DNA of 64,000 nucleotides, from assembly GCA_050084515.1 (NCBI GenBank), contig CM114271.1, positions 3,348,001-3,412,000 of the forward strand, written 5' to 3'. This document shows, piece after piece, positions 13,299-25,649 of this stretch; the first letter of the stretch is position 1, and every line of letters starts with the position of its first letter. Both the position numbers and the translations under genes were made by a program. Source of the DNA: Blasia pusilla. Lineage: Eukaryota. The notes under the pieces were generated by a model. That model saw only the letters and a list, made by a program, of their open reading frames with translations, made no database searches and was not told the DNA's origin.

Positions 13299-16200
13299 TC
13301 ATAGACCAGGCGTAGACTTTTTTCAGTTATGTCCTCAGGGTCATTGAAGTCCAACTAGATTGGGCAATTGTCAGCCTCCCAGTCGGACATGCCTTGTGCC
13401 ATCTCCATGTCGTACATGGAAAATGCCTCTCCTTCAAGCGGAGAAGCCCACAATTTGCAGGCTGCCGATAATTTGTTCCAGGTACCTGCATTCTTACAAT
13501 TGATGAGGTACATGTACACCATCCGTTGGGCAGCTCTTTGTCAAGATGAATCAGCCGTTTGCTCCTGAAGATCCCGCTTCTTCTTTGCGAAATCCCTTTT
13601 TTTGGCGTCAATTTCTTCATCCAAGTCTGGTTGAGGGAGGATGTGATTCTTGAACATTATCCTGAAGCCTGGGTTTTTCGTGGGCTTGTCTCGGATGTCA
13701 TCAAGCCATAGTTCAAAATCTTCGACACTCTCTAGGTTTGCTTCCTCTGGAACTCGCTCAATCTTCTTCAGCTCCACTTGAAGACTCATAAGCATGGACT
13801 TCCCCAGAAACCGCAACGCGTCCCAGAATGACCATTCACGTAGCCAATGGGAGATCACTGGATCAGAAACTCCCGGGGGATGGTGTGCCGCACGCTTTTG
13901 GGCCTTTGTGCCCTCAAGACTGATTTTCATCAGTCAGATTCTCCTAAACTCGGAAATTCTAGACAATGCAAATCTGTGAACACGGTCCAAAGACACTTTC
14001 TTGCCGATCCGACCCTTTGGATCTTCGTCTCTCTTCCACTGGCGCTTGATTATCCCCTTGAGCTCCTTGTAGAATTCTGGGCCAAGTTCGGGGTTCAGAA
14101 TGGCAATGTATCACTGCATCTTGCTTGCAGTGTACTTCGTAGCTGTAGAAACTGCAGCCTGGATAAACTTTGCATGTTCAGACGCAGACACGTTCTCCCT
14201 TTGCTCCTGTTCCAATTCAACGCTCTTCTTGGCGGTCTGGATCTTTGACATACAAAGGATTGTGACGACTGCATCTTGGGAAATGAAGGTATTTGCCCAA
14301 GTCTTCTTTTTAATTTGATCCCCCTTCACCAGCATCTCATTTAACAAAGCGTCACCCAAGAACCCCTTGTTCTCTTCCGGGTGCGTCGTAAGCACCTTTT
14401 TCACCCTGTTGCAATCCTTGATCCAGTGGTGGATGACATTCCCCTCGGATACAATCCTGCATATCCAAACACACGCTAAGAATTATTGCAAGCTATCGAG
14501 TTCCTGCAACCCGTCGGACTCTGACTGATCGCAATACCTGGTGGTCGAAATGGTAGCATAGAGAAAAATATTGCAACTCGTCGGAGTCCGACGGGTCAAA
14601 CACCTTTTTTTTTGTTACACTTATTGCAAAACTCACACAAATTTTGAGACATAATTGCAACCCATCAGAGTCCGACGGATTGCACTCGGATGTGTGATTT
14701 TCTGGTCCATCCGTTTTAGTCCTTGGCTACAACCCGTCGGACTTCGACGGGTTGTAAAATGATTTCCATTGAGAGACTGGTTTTCGGAAAAAAACTGTAC
14801 ATATCAACCCGTCAGATGTCCGACAGGTTGCGCAATTCCTTGTAAAGCTGGAATTGGACGCCTAAAAGCAAGCTCTCCTACTCTGACCACCTACCCGTGG
14901 GGGCAAATGCAACCCGTCAGAGTCCGACCAATTGCTTTCGGCCAAAAACATCCCAAAAAAAGCGGACAGTCCAACAACTCGTCGGACTCCGACGAGTTTC
15001 TTTTACGCGTCCGATGATTTGTTACCACTAGTTTAACAACTCGTCAGAGTCCGACGGTTTGCAAAACATATAAATCATGCACTCATTTTTACACCCGTCG
15101 ATGGTGGACTGGTTTTGGTATCCCGGCTTTCTCCGGTGTGCTTGGCCACTAGGCAACCCGTCGGACTCCGACAGTTTGCTTGAAGCTTTCCAATCATGCA
15201 ACCCGTCTGACACCGACGGCCGCGGGTTGAAGAAATCAAAATTAAGGAAGAGGAAACTTACGTATTCATGGCATGAATTGCCATTTCCACCGTTAAAATA
15301 TGATGAGGAAATGGATGGAGCACGACTGCCTTAACGCAAAAATGCGCCTCCAATGAATTTGGCCGCTCCTCTGCAAATTGGGTCCACACCATGTACCTTT
15401 GGTTTCCATCCCATATGAAGAAGTAAAGGTTTTGCATCCAGCTAAATTGCGTCCCCTCAATCGCTCTTTTGAACTCCTGATCTATCATCCTCCAGAATGT
15501 ATCGAGCGCTTCCAAGTCCTCTTCCGTCACTTGCGCTTGGGTTCCATATTCATCGTAAGGCTGAACATAGAACGGAGGGAAGCTGTTGACGTAGGATGCT
15601 GTCGCTGCCGACTGTTTCAGCCCTGCGATTGTTTCAGCTCTGCAGAGCTGAAACAGTCTTCAGCCTCAGTCCTCAATGCGGTGGCGGCAAGCAACCTCCA
15701 ACTGAATTTTGCGGATGTACTCCATTGTCCGCAATCGGCAAAGTGGAATTCTCGGGGCGTTTTGGCCCTCCATTAGTGCCATCTGCTTAACAACCTGCCA
15801 CAATGGGGACCAAGTCAATAAACTGAATTGTTTTGCCAATGAATTGCATCATGGGCCTTCACATAACTCAAACGTTTCTTACCCGCTCAAAGATTGGGTC
15901 GGTGTCTTGGCCCGCCAATTGCTATGGGACAGCAGTTGGCAAGTCCACAAGAAACTCATAGATCCGATAAAGGTCGATTTCTTTGGCCGGGCTCAAAGAC
16001 GAGGAAGACTGTTCTCCTGCTTCTTCAGAGATGTCCACCATCTCCACGCTTGCAGTCCTCATGACCTCATCGTCCATCACTTGAACTTTGGCCGTTTTCT
16101 CTGCCGATTTTATATTCATGGTGTCCCCAAACTTCATCGGGGATATTTTCTGCATTTCAACACTCTCTGTTGGACGGGCAGGGCTTTCTTCAATAGCAAT

Positions 16201-16521
16201 CTCTTTTTCCCATCGAGATTTTTCCAATTTTGCTCTCCTCACGGACGCGTCCAGACGCTTTTTCTCACGTTTCTCATCGGCGACTCTTTTCTTCAAGCCC
16301 TGCGATGCCTCCGCCTTGGTGTTTTGTTTTTCGAGCGCCTCCAGAACATGTTTTGCAAGAATCTCCTGCCTGTGCATATTTGCTTCCCTTTCCCGCTCCT
16401 CTATCTCTTGTTGCCTTATGTCATAAGCCGAACGAGGCCCTGGAGATGGTTACGTAGGAGTCCTCATGGACTTGGGAGTGATGCTCCCTACCTTGCTTGC
16501 TTGCATTTTTTTCCTCGTCAT
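13299..16521 (-). pseudogene. ParB/Srx-like accessory gene (copy 2)
   Basis: ORFs 15922-16377, 15258-15530 (FFIWDGNQRYMVW), 14111-14404 and 13541-13930 are homologous to copy 1. Confidence 0.65.
14490..15240. repeat. Intronic palindrome array (copy 2)
   Basis: About 10 copies of the same palindrome. Confidence 0.85.
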
Positions 16522-16844
16522 GGTTCCCGTCAATGCTTCCTCCTCGACAATCTAGTCTCTTTCTGTGCACGAAAATGCCCTTGAATGGTCTCGCGATGAA
16601 TTGCCGTGACCCTAGACCCAACCCTCTTTGCGTTTCGTGATGAAGCGCCCTCACCCTCCTCACTCTCCTTGGTATGTGGTCAGCTGCTGCACGGAAGAGC
16701 ACATGAAATCTCAAAATGAAAAATGCAAATGAGTGAAACCTCGGCTATTTGTACTTTTTGAGCCGTTGAGCTTACCGTTGGGTCACACCGTCCTACCGAC
16801 GGGGACGTGTTGGCCGTTATGGAACTTTGGATGTGGGAACCCGG

Positions 16845-17550
16845 CCAACCCGACGGTCTCCGATGGGTTGCATGCTTCCTGCATCTTGGGGATGCAGGGC
16901 AAGTTGCCCAAGAAACTTGTCCGAGAACCATGGGTTGCACGCATCCGTCCTCCTCGGGTAACAATCCGAGCTACCTTGGCAACCCGTCGGAGACCGATAG
17001 GTCGCATGCCTTCACCGTCTTGGGGTAACAACGCGAGGTACCCGCGCAACCCGTCAGAGATCGGGGGGGTTGCACGCCTCCCCCGTCTTGGGGTAACAAC
17101 GCAAGGTACCCGCGCAACCCGTCAGAGACTGGGGGGTTGCATGCTTCCCTCGTCTTGGTATAAAAATCCGAGGTACCTGCGCAGCGCGTCGGAGGCCGAC
17201 GGGTTGCACGCTTCCTTCATGTTGGCGTTACAAGGCAAGGTACCCGCGCAACCCGTCGGAGGTCAACGGGTTGCATGCTTCCCTCATGTTGGCGTTACAA
17301 GGCGAGGTACCCGCGCAACCCGTCGGAGGTCGACGGGTTGCACGCTTCCCTCATGTTGGCGTTATAAGGTGAGGTACCCGCGCAACCCATCGGAGGTCGA
17401 CGGGTTGCACGCTTCCCTCATCTTGGGGTTACAAGGAGAGATACCCGCGCAACCCGTCGGATATCGACAAGTTGCACGCGTTTCTCTCCCTCAGGTAACA
17501 ATGCGACAAAGCATAGTTCCGAGGCAACCCGTTGCCCTCCGACGGGTTAC
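16845..17550. repeat. 67-bp minisatellite, each unit containing the palindrome, in the divergent intergenic region
   Basis: Unit starts at 17248, 17315, 17382 and 17449 (67-bp period); about 10 units versus about 4 at 9190-9425 in copy 1. Confidence 0.9.
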
Positions 17551-18226
17551 AAGGTCTACCCGGAGTTGGACACTTCCCAACATACGGCAAAACTGCACTC
17601 AAAGTTTGCACGGTTAATTGAATAAGAGAAATTGACGCGAGATACAAAAGGGAAAGCAAGGTTAGGTACCTTTGGATCCCGTAATAGTCCCCAACGGGTT
17701 GCGGTAGGAAATCCATGCAATGTCTCGTGTTTGATGCTAGCAATCTCGACTCAAATCACTTTGGTCAGACAAGAAGGGGGTACCAACCCAACGGACTCTG
17801 ACGGGTTGCAACTCGCATTGGGACACTAACAGAAAATGGAACTCCGAGCTTCCCAACCCACGTGTCTGATTCCCAATTTTTGCAACCCATCGGACTCCGA
17901 CAGGTTCCAACAAGATTGAATCCATTCCGTCAGACAATCTCACCTACCAAACAGCCTCTTGTTAGTCAAATTCTCTCAGGAGAATCTGAGTCACTATTCA
18001 CTATAAATTAAACATTCTCATTCTCATTCTCATTCTTATTCTTAATCTCAGTCTCCTTCCAGTGGAATCTTCTGGGAATGAATAATTATGTAAGCTCACT
18101 TGTAGCATTCATCTAGCGGCCCTCCCTCAATCAGAAATAGTTCGACCGCAAGCTCGTGAGTCTTTCATACCACTGGATGAAAATTTTCTCTCAGTTCGAT
18201 TTCTTCTCGAAATTGGAACCATCTTT

Positions 18227-20856
18227 GTGTCCAAGGATGTTAGGATGGACGGTACGGAGGACATAATAGGTGAGACAGTCCAGCCAGTGATTGCAGACTG
18301 TAAAGTATGGAATCTCTCACCTCTAGCAAATGGTCAATACACAATTTACGGCTTGCCTCTGAATTCGTATGTTTCCCAAGTAGACGGTCGAGAATTTCCT
18401 AGTGCACCGAGCTCTATGTAACTCCTAGCTCAGTAGATCCGGCATCGACTCCAACTTCACACATTCGTAATAATGTTGTACTTCCTGAAGACATTCCGGA
18501 TGTCGTCAACCTCAGTGGATCTGTTGGACACCAACCAGGCCTTATGTCCGCCTACTCGTTCCTCTTGCGAGTATCAAGCAATAGTTTGCTATCGTCTCTG
18601 CCCTTTAAAATATTCAAGCACATTCTTGTCGACGAATTGCAGCCCACGTACGATGGTAATTGCATTTTTGAGTTGCCTCCACTTGCTGCTCCTGCTCAAA
18701 AGAAAGATGGAGGACGCTTGAAGGGTATGGACAGAACGTCTGATTGTCATCGATGGTGCAGGCTTCAACGGACTAGTGCTTCAATTCCAGATGGTCCTTG
18801 GATTATCTCCCGCCGCCAATGCGTTGGAGCCTTGGAGTGTAGAAGTCTAGCATGCCTGTAGAGCGCAATGGGCGAGTCAATACGTCGCAAATCCCCCACA
18901 AGAATGCAGAAACTCCATATGAGGTCAGTGCAACCATACTGCCGAGAGGCCATCAATGTCCTCATTGTTTAGGCATCCCCTTTCTGCGTTGGAGCGTATC
19001 CTGCATTCATATTTTTCATTGTCCACGACTTCAGTTCTACGTCAGAGTACACAAGGCTGGCAGTTCATGTTGGCTCCCACACTCATCCTGTGACCGGTGC
19101 AATTCAGAGACACATTAAGGAGGATGTGGCAAAGAAAGTGGCCGAGGTCTATAGAAACTCTCCGGGATCAAAGCCCGGAGTGATCAAGTTAACAACAGCA
19201 TCACAAATTTGTGAACAAGTGCTTAGAATCCTGGGTAAGGCGAGATCACGGCTGGTGAGGAGAAACAACTCTGGGAAAATCTCGCATTTCTCGCTGATCC
19301 TGAATGCTTCCGGAAATTGCTACGTCAAATACGGGTACTGGATGGAAAGACGGCCAAAATGGATGCCATTGCCAAAATCAAGGCCAACTCATATTTCCAT
19401 TCATTCAGAGATGGCAATTCATGGGCTAGGGAGGCAAAGGATCCAAGGCTTATGTCTTCAAAATGTCAACGACAGGACCGTCTAGTGGCCTTGATCTTAT
19501 AGATCGAATGGGTGCTCACGTTTATGACCATGTGGAGAAGGGACTCAACACTATATTTGTCTGTGACATAAAAGCAGAAGACGTTGGCAGTTTGAAGATG
19601 TGTTGGTTACTCTTATTGGAGGTGGTGAAGGAAAACAAAAGGCCACCTCCAAAAACTTATGGGTTCATGGCGGACAATGCACAACTTGGGTGGATTGCTA
19701 TCAGGGAAGTGTTCTGGGATGGAGAGGTTCAAACGGAGAGGGAAAGGTTAGATGCTTTCCATTGGCAACAGTTTGTGATCCAGTACACCAAATCTTGCAT
19801 AAAGGAGAATAAGAGGACATAGCATGTCACTTTACTCCAACGCTGCAAGGACAGCAAAACCTTGAAATAGGCCATGGAATGCCAAGAAGAACTTCATGGG
19901 TGGTGGAGGAAGCATGCGATTGAGGGGAAGTACAAAGAGTTGTGCTCTTGGCTGAGTTGGTGGACTGTACAAATGAGACAATGGGGAAACTTCATGCGGA
20001 AGGTGAGTTCACTATTTTGTCTTTTCAAACTCACGCTGAGAATTGTTTGAAAATTTGCAGCTCAAGTTGAGAAGCATGGGCACTATAGGGATTTCAAACC
20101 GAAGAAACCAAGCAACTTGTCGGATGCGACATGTTGCCCAAGTGTGCAACCCGTCGGAAATGGACGGGTTACTTGAGTGTGCAACCAGTCAGAAACCGAC
20201 GGGTTGCATCAAGAATGTTGGTACAACCCATATACAAGTATGCAAGTCGTATGTATACAAAGCCTGCAAATAGTTCGACCTTGATGGGTTTCGGATGACT
20301 TGCACTTGGATCTTCTAGCCCAGAGTGGCCAAAGGTTCTTGCAACCCGTCGGAATCGGACATGTTGCACATGGGTGTTGCAACACGTCAAGACCCAACGA
20401 GTCGTAGAGTCATTCATGGGATGCCTTTGACTTGCAACCCGTCTGGTTCCGACATGTAGCTTTTTTCTCTGACTTTGGAGCTATTTTGGTTCCCTTCTCA
20501 CATTGCCGTTGTTGCAGGGATTGAACATTCATGAAAATGCCCTCTGCCCCAACACAAGTAGAGCAGAAAGTGTCCATTCCTCTTGGAGGTCGTCACAAGC
20601 ATGCCAAAGAATTTCACTTGTGGAGGCATGCCAACAAAACTAGGAAAGAGCAATGCTACGGTCTACAACATCCCATATCTTCCTCACAAAAAGCATAACA
20701 AAAGGAAGGGGGCCTTCGATCTACGAGCTCTATGTTAGGGCCGCTGTGAGATCGGGTGATGAGAAATTCTATGTGAAAGCCTTCAATCGGTGGTATGTGG
20801 ATGGAAAAAGTGATTGGTTCCACACTTATAATTCCACTGATTTTTCAATTTTCTAA
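18227..20856 (+). pseudogene. GCM-like + MULE DDE transposase (copy 2), with intron ~20004-20517
   Basis: DCHRWCRLQRT...RRQCVGALEC, CPHC, TYGFMADNAQ (D2 intact), LDAFHW. After the intron, PNTSRAESVHSSW (third catalytic E region), then KGRGP...RSG. Confidence 0.72.
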
Positions 20857-21466
20857 ATTTTGTGCAAATTGCAACTTGTTGGACTCACATGGGTTGCTAA
20901 AATGTGGAAGAAGAAAAACAATCTGTGGGAGTGCTTAAGAACTGAGAAGAAAAGTGCAAAAAAAATCACACAAAAGGTTTACTCTCTTCAACCCAACAGA
21001 AACTCTCTTCAAACCATAGGAAACTGTCTTTTAAAAAAAGTATCTCTTTGGGTTGAAGGTAGTTTCCTCTCTCCTCTCTCCTCTCTCCTCTCTTCCTCTC
21101 TTCCTCTCCTCTTACCGCACCTCTACTCGCAGCTGCCCTTGCGAGGGTTGGGAGAGGAGTGAGTTGAGGTGCGGTAAGAGGAGAGGAAGAGAGGAGAGAG
21201 GAAACTACCTTCAACCGAAAGGGATACTTTTTTTTTAAGAGAGTTTCCTATGATTTGAAGAGAGTTTCCGTTGGGTTGAAGAGAGGAAACTTTTTGTGTG
21301 AATTTTTTTGCAGTTTTTTGCTCAGTTCTTAAGCACTCCCACAATTTTTTTTCCTCTTCCACATTTTGGAAACCCATCTGAGTCCGACGAGTTGCAAATT
21401 GCACAAAATTTAGAAAACTGAAAAATCAATGGAATCATAAGTGTGAACCAATCACTTTTTTCATCC
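20799..21466. repeat. Foldback inverted repeat (~330-bp arms, ~30-bp loop)
   Basis: GGATGGAAAAAGTGATTGGTT...AACCAATCACTTTTTTCATCC; the arms are reverse-complementary throughout (ORFs 20860-21162 and 21123-21404 mirror each other). Confidence 0.9.
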
Positions 21467-21574
21467 AAGGTCTGGAAAAAATCTATCATTTGCCCTGGGC
21501 TGAGTAGAGTTCAATCTCAAAGTGAAGGTTCTCGAAAAATGAAAATACAATCTAAAACCTCATTTTTCATCCTC

Positions 21575-22777
21575 AAAGTGGTTTGTTTAAAATACTTCGC
21601 ACTTCTTTGAGGGACAAAATTGGTTGGTGGATTCTTACTCCTACCTCCGACTCTCTTAAAACTACAAGCAACACATAGTCCATGTGCTAACAAGGGAAAT
21701 ACCTTTTGCCACTTGTCTCTCTTTGCACAAAGTCATCACATGAACATGTGGGAAAGAAACAGATGTGCACCATATACACCCCTGTGATACTTGAATTTAC
21801 AGTGTTGTTCCTGACCCAATACATCCTTCCTATTCCATTGCCACTCTGGACATCTTTTGTGGCAATGATCTCCATTTTTGCCTCTCGAGGTGATGCAATT
21901 CGCTTTGCTCTCTCCACCGTTGGCCTACACATTCTGTTTCTCTTCACCCGATTTCTAGACTCAAACAAAAATAGTGGATTGAGATCATCCACCTTCTCCG
22001 GGTACATGCTGACATCAATCTTGGGTTGAATACAAAATGCGAAGGTCTCTGTAATGCGAACATGCTCCAAACTTCCTCCGTCTACGAGTCTGAAATCGGC
22101 ATTTGTAAGATTTTCCACTTCGTCTTGAGTGCAATTCGTACCTGCAAAAATAGGCCAAATCCTGGGGGTATTCCCTGGAGCTCCAATGGCAGCCGGATAA
22201 GACTTCTGAAAAGCGCAAGATTCATTTGGGCAGAAGAAGTACTTCAATTGATCCCTGGTCCTCGTGAAATGATCAAAGGTTTTGAGTCCCCAAAATCCAG
22301 GCAGTGGTCGTCCAATCCTTGTATAGTTCTTATTTAGGAAAGTTCCGCATGCTCTCCTAATGCCATCAGATCCTGCCCAACAAGTGGGTCCACGTCCAGG
22401 GTTGCTCTGAGATATATGCCATCCTTTGAGGTTGCAATCCACCTCAATGAACGGAATCCCACACTGTTGAACCACCCTAGCGACGGGATGTTGCAAACTT
22501 CCAGCAACGGAGGGCTTTTGAAATAAAACATTCACTGATTTTGGAGAAGTTATTGCATCATGGATTTGGGAGTAATCCAAGGTCTCCGAATACTTGGGCG
22601 GCGTGATTTCCTCATCCAAATCAATCACGGGGTTCGTTCCTCAATGCTGCCTTTTCACCAAGTCAAGATACTTATCTGGTCTCCACGAGACTTGCTCTAC
22701 CACCATTTGTATGGGACGTCTTGAGATGCGCCCACAAATATCCCCACCAATGTGTACGTCTTGCTCGAGGGGAAGTG
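21575..22777 (-). pseudogene. SWIM zinc-finger-containing ORF (probable C-terminal part of the MULE-like transposase)
   Basis: YMVHICFFPTCSCDDF...KRYFPC*HM matches SWIM CxCx(n)CxH; 313-aa open stretch at 21687-22628. Confidence 0.7.
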
Positions 22778-22880
22778 GTCTGGGAAAAATCTATCATTTG
22801 CCTTGGGCTGAATAAAGTTCAAGCTCAAAGTGAAGGTTTTGGAAAACTGAAAGTACAATCTAAAACCTCATTTTGCATCC

Positions 22881-23537
22881 TCAAAGTGGTTTGTTTAGAA
22901 TACTTTGCACTTCTTTGAGGGAAAAAATTGGTTGGTGGATTCCTACTCCTACCTCCGACTCTCTTAAAACTACAAGCAACACATAGTACATGCGCTTACA
23001 AGGGAAATACCTTTTGCCACTTGTCTCTCTTTGGACAAAGTCATCACATGAACATGTGGGAAAGCAACAGATGTGCACCACATACACCCCTGTGACACTT
23101 GAATTTATAGTGTTGTTCCTGACCCAATACATCCTTCCTATTCCATTGCCACTCTTGACATCTTTTGTGGCAATGATCTCCATTTTTGCCTCTCGAGGTG
23201 ATGCAATTTGCTTTGCTCTCTCCACCGTTGGCCTACACATTCTGTTTCTCTTCACCCGATTTCTAGACTCAAACAGAAATAGTGGATTGAGATCATCCAC
23301 CTTCTCCATGTACATGTTGACATCAATCTTGGGTTGAATACGAAATGCGAAGGTCTCTGTAATGCGAACATGCTCTGAACTTCCTTCGTCTACGAGTCTA
23401 AAACCGGCACTTGTAAGATTTTCCACTTCGTCTTGAGTGCAATTTGTACCTGCAGCGATGGGCCAAATCGTGGGGGTATTCCCTAGACCTCCAATGGCAG
23501 CCGGGTAAGACTTCCGGAAAGCGCAAGATTCATTTGG
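22881..23537 (-). pseudogene. Second, tandemly duplicated SWIM-ORF 3' half
   Basis: 22777-23537 is a direct repeat of 21468-22228; YVVHICCFPTCSCDDF...FPCKRM. Confidence 0.75.
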
Positions 23538-25649
23538 CAAGGGGCAGCGACGAGCCGAGAGAGCCAGGCAAGAGCACGAGCAGGGCCGGCGACGAGACGA
23601 GCTGAGCAAGAGAGCAAGAAGGGCAAGCAACAAGCCAAGAGAGCCAGCGACAAGTCGAGCAGAGCACGAGCACGAGCAGGGCGAGCGACGAGCCGAGTAG
23701 TGGCACGAGCCGAGCAGGAGCAGAGCAAGGGCGACGAGTTGGGCTAAGCTGGGCTAAGCTGGGAAAATGAGAGGGATCAGGGAGCGGAGGGGAGGGGGGG
23801 TATGGGAGGAGTGAGAAGGGAGAAGTGGGCGGCGGCTGCCTAGAGCCGTGTGATTTCAGATCGAACGGCCAAGCCTTGTGCAAAGCTGCATCGTAGGATC
23901 TAGGTCGAGCAGGGAGAGCCGCTCGATCTCTAGAGGCTGCGGTGGCGGTGGGAGGGGTCGGGGGTACTAATCTAGGTTAGGTGTAGGTTTGGGATCCCGA
24001 ACCTACAAGTTTGGGATCCTAAACCTCATTTTTTTAAATTATTATTATTATTATCATTAAATATCCTTTTTAAATTTTAAATACCCTACCCTACCCTCAC
24101 CTACCCTTTTTAAAATATCCTACCCTACCCTACACAATTTATTTTAAAATAACCTCCCTATTTTGCCTTTTTTTTTACAAAGCTTTTCCCTAATTTTTAA
24201 TTTTGACCATTCAAATTTAACATTTTTTCACTGCAATTCTCACTCTCTTTATTTCACTTCAATTCTCAAGTTTAATGAATAGTTTTGTGTGTCATGTAGA
24301 TGGAGAGTGTCAACGGGTCAGTGAACTTGGAGAGACGGCCACTGGGTGTTATAAAAAATATACCAATACGGCAACAAATTTCAAGGATATAATTTGAGCT
24401 ATCAAAGATCAGCTCTCCGATGTAAGCACGCTTGATTTATGCCTTAGTTCCATTTCCATGATGACGCCTTCGATGCCATTTTTATGTTAATTATATACTT
24501 TGATCATGCAATCCCCCAAATTTTGTACAGACTTCCTCTTCCATCAAACCCAACGGATTTGCGCGACTTTCAAAAATTGATGTGAGCGAACGCACAGCAA
24601 AAAAGACATGCTCGTTGCAAGGAAATCTTTGCACAACAAACATATGTTGAAGATAAACTCCTCCCAAAAATATCTCCAACGTACATTCAATGCATTAACA
24701 ACCATTCCGAACGTTCAAATTCACTTTGCATAATCTCAACTTCATTTGTTCTTTACATTCATTTGTTGTTCCAGACTTCCCATTCCATGGAATCTTGTCG
24801 ATATAAGTGATTTTTGGAAGGTTCTACGTGGCGAAGCCCAAAAAGGAAAGTGGGTTATTCGTGCTGATAAAATGGAAGCTCTCAAAGAAAAAAACAAGAG
24901 TTGCTATCAAGAGTATACAAAAAGAAGGAAAGCACTTAATGCTCAACTTGAGCCTACTTTGGTAGTTGAGAGTATTTCAACGATGGAAAATAATGACCTC
25001 ATGACTATGGATAATCAATTTATGAGGTATATATATCTTACTTTTCTTATCCTCACTCCAAATCATTCACTTCATTGTTCATCTTTTATTTTTATCTAAT
25101 ATTTCTAATATGTTGATGTTTTCTTAGGCCTTTCAGTGAGGATGGAGTAACGGTAGGAGAAAATCAAGAACCTCATGTTCTATCCTCACCAAGACTTGAT
25201 ATACGGGATAGTGCACTCCATGCAGTTATCGAAAATATATCCCTGAGCAGGCCTACTACTTATGTAACACTACGAGTTGAGTTACCTACCACTCTTCCCA
25301 TTCCGGTTGATCATGATGTTGTTGACAATTCTGAGACTTTTCCCCATGTGGGGGATGAAGGTCAAGAGTAGATCCCGTGTCTTCTATCATTGATGGAGTT
25401 GTGTTATCTCCACAAAGCGCCACTAGTATTTCGATGTCTACTATTGAATACATTACTCAATCTTGCCAGACGACCAAATTTCCATGAAAGTAATATTAGG
25501 AAGTTGCGATTACAAAGGAGTTTGAATTGTACCAACGGTCGTCATACGTTGGGTTCTATGACAGAGATATGCCCAAGAGCGGTAAGAGAAGAGGAAGAGA
25601 GGAAGATATTGGCAACCCCAGAAGGAACATGAACATGATAAATACAACC

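Larger units (their letters stand above)
13299..20856. mobile_element. Mutator-like element copy 2, inverted relative to copy 1
   Basis: Colinear reverse-complement homology to 6055-12757, e.g. MKISLEGT.AQKRAAHHPPGVSDPVISHW and PTYDGNCIFELPP in both arms. Confidence 0.8.

Noticed and set aside
15709-16584. 291-aa plus-strand ORF
   Set aside because: It is the antisense shadow of the coiled-coil exon on the minus strand.
11030-17550. CRISPR-like arrays (palindromic ~29-bp repeat with ~38-bp spacers)
   Set aside because: Spacers are themselves repeated or irregular in length, the arrays sit in spliceosomal introns and intergenic TE DNA, and no cas genes are present.
16733-17617. 294-aa ORF
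   Set aside because: It is a translation of the 67-bp minisatellite.
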